Assembly (NCBI GenBank): GCA_963817915.1
Contig: CAWFQL010000016.1
Coordinates: forward strand, 1-64,000
Direction of reading: 5' to 3'
DNA: 64,000 nucleotides
Source of the DNA: an uncultured candidate division Zixibacteria bacterium
GTDB lineage: Bacteria; Zixibacteria; MSB-5A5; UBA10806
Made by a program: the position numbers and the translations under genes
Part shown: positions 58,504 to 64,000 of the stretch, one piece after another
Numbering within the stretch: the stretch's first letter is position 1
Layout: every line of letters begins with the position of its first letter
Notes under the pieces: generated by a model
Told to the model about the DNA's origin: nothing
Database searches by the model: none
The model's input: only the letters and a program-made list of their open reading frames with translations

Positions 58504-59523
58504 TCATTTTTTCAGCGCTCGCTCGAACTTATCAAAAAATTCGTTCCACCCGGCTCTGCACATTTCGCCCATCTCAACTGAAGGAAATCCGACATGCCTT
58601 AAGGTGAATCTTGTCCGGCCTTCATAATCCTCAAATTTCAAGTACACTTGCAATTCCAAAGGAAAATCCCCCGTAATTCCATAGTATGACCCCGGAACAA
58701 TATTGCCATCTGCATCCGCAAATGAATCGGTATTGGAAATTAGCTCGTGTTTGACAATTTCCTTGTAGGTACCCTTGCTCCAAGAGTCCTTGCCTTCGGG
58801 CGATCTCATGCAAAATAGATACTCACCTCCAACACGAAAATCTATTTTTGCAAAAGGCGCCGTATAGTTTTTCGGTCCCCACCATTTTTTGATCAACTCG
58901 GGCTCAGTCCACATCTTCCAAACGAGTTCCCGCGGAGCATCGAAAATACGAGTAATCACGATATCTTCATTTTCCGGATTTGATTCGGATTCTTTTTTGA
59001 GTTCGTTCGCCAGATACTCGTCGAGCTTTTCAAATGTCCCCGTAAAACCTTGCTGCATCCCCAATTGATTATCGATAAAGTTCTTTCGCTCCTGTTCGGT
59101 GGCGTTAATAGGCTCTCCTCGCAAAGTAAGTGTCGTTTTGCCATTTTCTTCAATCAGAGTCAATGTGTTCAAAACCTCAAGCGGCCAGTTGGCGATGTAT
59201 GGATTTGGAGTAATGCGCCCATTTTCATCTGAAAACGAATTAACAAATACCATTCTCTCGGGAGCATTCATTTCGCGATATACGAATTTACCCCAAATTT
59301 TATTTTCGTCGGGCGATTGCATGTAGTAATGAAAGACGCCATTAGGGCGAAAATCCATTTTGGAGACATCAATTTTAAATCCTTTTGGTCCCCACCATTT
59401 GGAGAGACTTTCAGACTCTGTCCAAGCCTTCCATACGAGCTCACGAGGCGCATTGAATATGCGTGTGATCACGATTTCCTGCTTGACGACTCCTGTAGTT
59501 TTAAGTTCAGTCTTAGCGCTCAT
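58504..59523 (-). CDS. Tandem SRPBCC (AHSA1-like) domain protein
   Basis: Two copies of 'IVITRIF.APRELVWK.WTE...KWWGPK...DFR..G'. Confidence 0.9.
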   Translation of the reverse strand: MSAKTELKTTGVVKQEIVITRIFNAPRELVWKAWTESESLSKWWGPKGFKIDVSKMDFRPNGVFHYYMQSPDENKIWGKFVYREMNAPERMVFVNSFSDENGRITPNPYIANWPLEVLNTLTLIEENGKTTLTLRGEPINATEQERKNFIDNQLGMQQGFTGTFEKLDEYLANELKKESESNPENEDIVITRIFDAPRELVWKMWTEPELIKKWWGPKNYTAPFAKIDFRVGGEYLFCMRSPEGKDSWSKGTYKEIVKHELISNTDSFADADGNIVPGSYYGITGDFPLELQVYLKFEDYEGRTRFTLRHVGFPSVEMGEMCRAGWNEFFDKFERALKK

Positions 59524-59778
59524 AGCAATACTCCTTTTTACGCTTTTTGAAAGTAAAGTACTACGTTACCAGATTTATATGATTTTGTTTTTAGAAGTTT
59601 TAGATCTAAACTACTCATTACTAGACTAATAACTCGCTTTAAAGTCCCCGCAATCCTATTTGGTTCTCTTATCATGAAAAGTATAAACGAATGAATCCTC
59701 GAAAAAGTTTTTGGAAATCGAACTATGGCCTCGGAATACTTATAGAGGAATAACGAGCTATACCAAATTATAAATCTA

Positions 59779-59806
59779 TTGACAACTCTATTATCCATTA
59801 TATATT
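59779..59806 (+). promoter_or_regulatory. Sigma70-type promoter
   Basis: TTGACA-N16-TATATT; argues for a start at ATG 59880 rather than 59805. Confidence 0.55.
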
Positions 59807-59879
59807 GTTAGTAGTTAGAATTACATCGGCGTTACGGCAGCTTCTGGATTTGATGATCGTTTCAGATAGGGGTCGCGAT

Positions 59880-62594
59880 ATGAGAAAATTAGCCTTGTTT
59901 GCCGCAGTATTTAACTTGCTACTACACAGCTTCGCTTCTGCCACAATTATCAATATCCCAGCCGATTACTCCACAATCCAGGCCGGTATAGATATCAGCG
60001 TTAATGGCGACACGGTGCTGGTGCAGCCCGGGACATATACTGAAAACATCAATTTCAATGGGCATAATATCATATTGGGGTCATTGCTTCTCACAACAGG
60101 AGTTGATTCGTTTATAGTGTCCACGATACTTGATGGCGATTCTTCCGGTTCTGTAATATCCCTCCAAAATGGTGAAGACAGCACGGCGATCATTACCGGA
60201 TTCACAATTCAACACGGAAATGCCCTAAACGGCGCCGGGATTTATTGCTTTCACTCAAGTCCCAGAATCGTCAATAACATTATTGAGTATAATCTCGCCA
60301 GACGATACGACAATGGCGGGCTCGGCGGTGGGATCTATTGCCACGGGTCAAAGCCTTCTATTAATGATAATTCCTTCATTAGAAATATCGCGGCGGGACT
60401 GGATCCTCCCTATGGAAATGCAGGCATTGGAGGCGCAATATATTGCACGGATAGTTGCGATGCTGCAATAATCAACAACGTGTTTTTGCGAAACAGTGCA
60501 AATGGCGGTGGGGGTGGAATCTATTGTACAAACTTTTCTAATTTGACTATTTCAAACAATACCTTCGCAAGAAATTATTCCGTGGGGGCTGGTGGGACTG
60601 TCTGCAGCTATAATTCCTCGCCAGCAATCGTTTCCAACGAATTCAAGTCGAATTATGGGCTTAATGGCGGGGCAATTGCCGGTTACGGAGGTTCGGAATG
60701 CTTCATTTCTCGAAACGTAATAACAAAAAATGGAGCGGGGATCAAAGGTGGCGGTATTGTGGCGTATAATTCCGATTTGATAATCTCCAGTAATATTATA
60801 TTCGCGAACTCCGCGGAACGCGGTTCTGGAATTTATTTCCATAACTCCAGATCTGAGGTGACAAACACAATTATCTGGTCAAATACCGCATCGAATGGCG
60901 CGAATATATATATAAACAGTGGAAATCCGATAATAAGATATTGTGCCGTTCCTGAAATTCTGGGAGGCGAGGGGAATATATCTGCCAACCCCTTATTTCT
61001 AGATCCATACAATGGTGATTTTAATATATGCGCTCAATCGCCTTGCCTTGATGCAGGCGATCCCAATGTGTCCGATCCCGATGGGTCTCGATCGGATATA
61101 GGCTTATACTTTGCAGAACACCCTGAATGTCCAATGGGAAACGTGTTCAATGTTTCGACAAGCGGTGATGATATGACCGGCGATGGTTCTTTACAAAATC
61201 CGTTTAGAACGATCAATCGCGCTGTAAATGCCTCATTCCGTAATGATACCGTAATTGTTCAAAATGGTGTTTACGTTGAAAATGTCAATTTTTATGGTAA
61301 GAATATTGTGTTGGCGTCAAATTTCGTCTACTCAGCAGACACATCGGACATAGTAAACACAATTATTGAAGGAGATTCAAATTTCACTGTGATATATCTT
61401 GTTGGCTGTGATAGCACAACTTCGGTGATTGGCTTGACAATTAGACGTGGATTTGGGGAATCTGGCGGCGGCATTCTTTGCAGTTCTTCTAATCCTACGA
61501 TAGAGCATAACATAATCTCCGCGAATTTTGGCAGATATGGCGCGGGTATCTACCTCCTCAATTCTCGGCCGAAAATTACAGACAACATTATAGAAAATAA
61601 TAAGGCAATCTTTGATGGCGGCGGAATTTACTGCTTGAATAGTTCCAATGCGATCATTACAAACAATAAAATCGCTGGAAATGATGCTCTGTATAATGGC
61701 GGCGGCATTTATTGCGGGGGGCTTAGCTGTCCGATGATAAAGAATAATACCATTTCAGACAACAGGGTTCGCGGATTTACTATTTTTCATGGCGGCGGTG
61801 GTATTTACTGCGATAATTCAAGTCCGTTGATAATCCAGAATTTGATTGTGAGAAACGATGGAAACCGGTTGGGGGGCGGAATTTTCTGCTATGAAAACTC
61901 TGATCCTCTAATTATCAACAATACAATTACAGCAAATTCCTCCGATTCTCTGGCGGGCGGCATCTATTTCCTCCGTTCCGACGCTCATATATTGAATACG
62001 ATACTTTGGGATAACGAGCCGTCGGAAATTTCGATTTTGATTGGGGCGCCCGAATTCACTTATTGCGATATCCAGGGTGGCTGGGCTGGTGATGGCAATA
62101 TCGATATTGACCCTCTCTTCCGCAACCCGGCGCAAGACGATTTCCATCTAATGTCAATGTCCTGCTCAGATGCTTTAAATTCGCCTTGTATCGACGCAGG
62201 TGACTCCAGCTTTCAAGACGATCTTCTCGACTGCGCTTGGGGACTTGGTACGATTCGCAGCGATATGGGAGCTTACGGCGGCGCAGATTCGGCAATGGTC
62301 GGTATTGATGAAGGATTAATTCAGATACCTGGGAAATTCGCCCTCTCTCAAAACTATCCCAATCCATTCAACGCACAGACCGCGATCAACTATGTCTTGC
62401 CGATTGCGAGCGAAGTATCTGTCAACATTTTCGATATCCTTGGCCGTAAGTTGGTAACTCTATACAATGGCCGACAGCAAGCCGGAAATCATCGTATTAC
62501 CTGGGACGCGAACGAGCAATCCTCCGGCGTTTACTTCTACAGGATTCAGGTTGGCAATTATGCCGAGACGAGGAAGATGGTGTTGCTGAAGTGA
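59880..62594 (+). CDS. Secreted protein with two beta-helix modules, a DUF1565-like motif and a T9SS-A-like CTD
   Basis: 'IPADYSTIQAG', GGGIYC repeats, 'GDGSLQNPFRTI', 'SPCIDAGD', 'QNYPNPFNAQT..KMVLLK'. Confidence 0.82.
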   Translation: MRKLALFAAVFNLLLHSFASATIINIPADYSTIQAGIDISVNGDTVLVQPGTYTENINFNGHNIILGSLLLTTGVDSFIVSTILDGDSSGSVISLQNGEDSTAIITGFTIQHGNALNGAGIYCFHSSPRIVNNIIEYNLARRYDNGGLGGGIYCHGSKPSINDNSFIRNIAAGLDPPYGNAGIGGAIYCTDSCDAAIINNVFLRNSANGGGGGIYCTNFSNLTISNNTFARNYSVGAGGTVCSYNSSPAIVSNEFKSNYGLNGGAIAGYGGSECFISRNVITKNGAGIKGGGIVAYNSDLIISSNIIFANSAERGSGIYFHNSRSEVTNTIIWSNTASNGANIYINSGNPIIRYCAVPEILGGEGNISANPLFLDPYNGDFNICAQSPCLDAGDPNVSDPDGSRSDIGLYFAEHPECPMGNVFNVSTSGDDMTGDGSLQNPFRTINRAVNASFRNDTVIVQNGVYVENVNFYGKNIVLASNFVYSADTSDIVNTIIEGDSNFTVIYLVGCDSTTSVIGLTIRRGFGESGGGILCSSSNPTIEHNIISANFGRYGAGIYLLNSRPKITDNIIENNKAIFDGGGIYCLNSSNAIITNNKIAGNDALYNGGGIYCGGLSCPMIKNNTISDNRVRGFTIFHGGGGIYCDNSSPLIIQNLIVRNDGNRLGGGIFCYENSDPLIINNTITANSSDSLAGGIYFLRSDAHILNTILWDNEPSEISILIGAPEFTYCDIQGGWAGDGNIDIDPLFRNPAQDDFHLMSMSCSDALNSPCIDAGDSSFQDDLLDCAWGLGTIRSDMGAYGGADSAMVGIDEGLIQIPGKFALSQNYPNPFNAQTAINYVLPIASEVSVNIFDILGRKLVTLYNGRQQAGNHRITWDANEQSSGVYFYRIQVGNYAETRKMVLLK

Positions 62595-62688
62595 CGGGAA
62601 ATCGCCGCTTCGACAAAAGTCCCTATTAAAAAATAAATTTTCCTATATTTATTGAAATCATATTGAGATCGGCGTTATCTTAAAAGCG

Positions 62689-63786
62689 TCAGTTCGCGTC
62701 CTCAGTTTTAGGAAAATACGGCGGGGGATTATCTTGAAGACGTACGTCATAACGATAGTTTTTACTTATATAGCCTCTCATATGACCGATTGGAAAATCG
62801 GATGTATGGATAATTCCACGATAGCGCTGAGCCAGGGTCCCAAAAATATTCAATTTATATTTCTCATTATTCCATCCGGGGGCATGGTTTTCATATATGT
62901 CCTGGATGGAAATGGAACCATTAATAGCTGCCAGAGCGGCATGGATATAGATCGTATCCGGCGCATCTTTTCCGATCATGATAAAATGCTCGGAAACTAA
63001 GCCAAGTATATCTGAGCAGGAATCCATAGTCGAAGGAATAGTAAAATCAGGCCTCGAATGCATATATACCAAATTGTCTGTAATAATGAGAGTATCGGAG
63101 GTAGCAATAGTCAACTGTCCTGAAAAGCCTTCGGATATAAATGTGCCATCAGAATTATCGGGATGACCTTTTGAAGCTGAAAGCCACACTTTGCCATTCA
63201 CAAAAACGGCGCCGGAATTAGGTACGGGATATGCCGGAGCTTCTGCGATGGATGGGGGATAGCATCGTATGACGATATCGCCGTTAGATAATGTATCCGG
63301 ACCACACCGACGGACGTAAATATTTGTCCCGCTCAGAACAAGTTGTGTTATGGAATCTGGATTAAAAGTGCCAAGGACCGGGACTATGCCATTATATTCC
63401 CTGATTTCATTAGCGCGCGTTGGGAAATTTATCGGCTTGCGAAAGCCACAGCCTTCATTGAATTGCATACTATCATTTAGGCATAGAGACTGATCAGAAG
63501 ATGTCGTTACTCGCTTCGTAAAATGCCAGTCATTCCCCCAAAAATGTATCATGTCATTTGAGTGAATTCTTCCGTCGAGCGTATCAGCTGCCCAAAACTG
63601 TATGCGCGCATGTCTGAGAGAATCATATTCAAAACAAGATAGATAGAGGAAATCTGCAAAACTTTCATTTCTGTATTCTGTTTCTGATTGCTGGGCGAAT
63701 GAAGCTCTCGGTGCAAAGATTAATAAACCAATGACGATCATTAATTGTGAACGAAGCACAAAACCGAAAATCTTGTATCTGGTCAT
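62689..63786 (-). CDS. Exported DUF4900/PilX-C-like hypothetical protein
   Basis: Signal peptide, 'DTLDGRIHSN', 'IFGTLAQRYRG', 'YRYDVRLQDNPPPYFP'. Confidence 0.6.
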   Translation of the reverse strand: MTRYKIFGFVLRSQLMIVIGLLIFAPRASFAQQSETEYRNESFADFLYLSCFEYDSLRHARIQFWAADTLDGRIHSNDMIHFWGNDWHFTKRVTTSSDQSLCLNDSMQFNEGCGFRKPINFPTRANEIREYNGIVPVLGTFNPDSITQLVLSGTNIYVRRCGPDTLSNGDIVIRCYPPSIAEAPAYPVPNSGAVFVNGKVWLSASKGHPDNSDGTFISEGFSGQLTIATSDTLIITDNLVYMHSRPDFTIPSTMDSCSDILGLVSEHFIMIGKDAPDTIYIHAALAAINGSISIQDIYENHAPGWNNEKYKLNIFGTLAQRYRGIIHTSDFPIGHMRGYISKNYRYDVRLQDNPPPYFPKTEDAN

Positions 63787-63855
63787 TTATTACCCTCGCA
63801 TTTTAGTTGATCAGACCTAAGCAATACTTTCAGAAATATCCATCCACTCATTTAT

Positions 63856-63999
63856 TTAGTTATTATTTTCAGTTTTCGGGTAATGCGGCGGCGGGTTGTC
63901 AATTAACCTCAAGTCGAACTTATAATCCTTTTCAATAAAACCCCGATAATGGCCGGGCGGATAATCGGTAGTATGCATAATTCCGCGATAGCGCTGCGC
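63856..63999 (-). CDS. C-terminus of a paralogue of 62689-63786 (runs off the window; not in the ORF track)
   Basis: Translates AQRYRGIMHTTDYPPGHYRGFIEKDYKFDLRLIDNPPPHYPKTENNN*, colinear with the neighbour's C-terminus. Confidence 0.8.
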   Translation of the reverse strand, partial: AQRYRGIMHTTDYPPGHYRGFIEKDYKFDLRLIDNPPPHYPKTENNN

Positions 64000-64000
64000 C

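Noticed and set aside
1..64000. CRISPR array or Cas4 (four-Cys nuclease at 6275-7000)
   Set aside because: No repeat-spacer periodicity seen; the nuclease is fused to a UvrD helicase, as in AdnAB/AddAB.

Overview
Bacterial chromosomal window with no rRNA, tRNA, CRISPR array, transposase or integrase that I can recognise. Several secreted beta-helix proteins ending in an 'NYPNPFN' C-terminal domain, plus multiheme cytochromes, suggest an FCB-group or candidate Zixibacteria-like organism (inference). Left to right it holds: a catabolic-looking operon (HMG-CoA-lyase family, family III CoA-transferase, LeuC/LeuD-like dehydratase); a DNA-repair/pyrE/VWA/TPR/nfo run; two cupredoxin lipoproteins; a stand-alone ~180-nt structured ncRNA candidate with its own promoter and terminator; and secreted beta-helix proteins. 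A junction at ~20,990 truncates two convergent genes. After it come pgsA-pgpA-cinA, two OMP paralogues, an EPS-type locus (asnB-glnA-ACP-ligase-nadE plus degenerate WecB and deacetylase), two CbcL-like cytochromes (11 and 19 CXXCH) behind Rex-like operators, and an accessory stretch of small stress/resistance genes and orphans. About 11 frameshifts, each a net +1 base and one of them in pgsA, most likely reflect long-read consensus errors. All calls come from reading motifs by eye; no searches were run.
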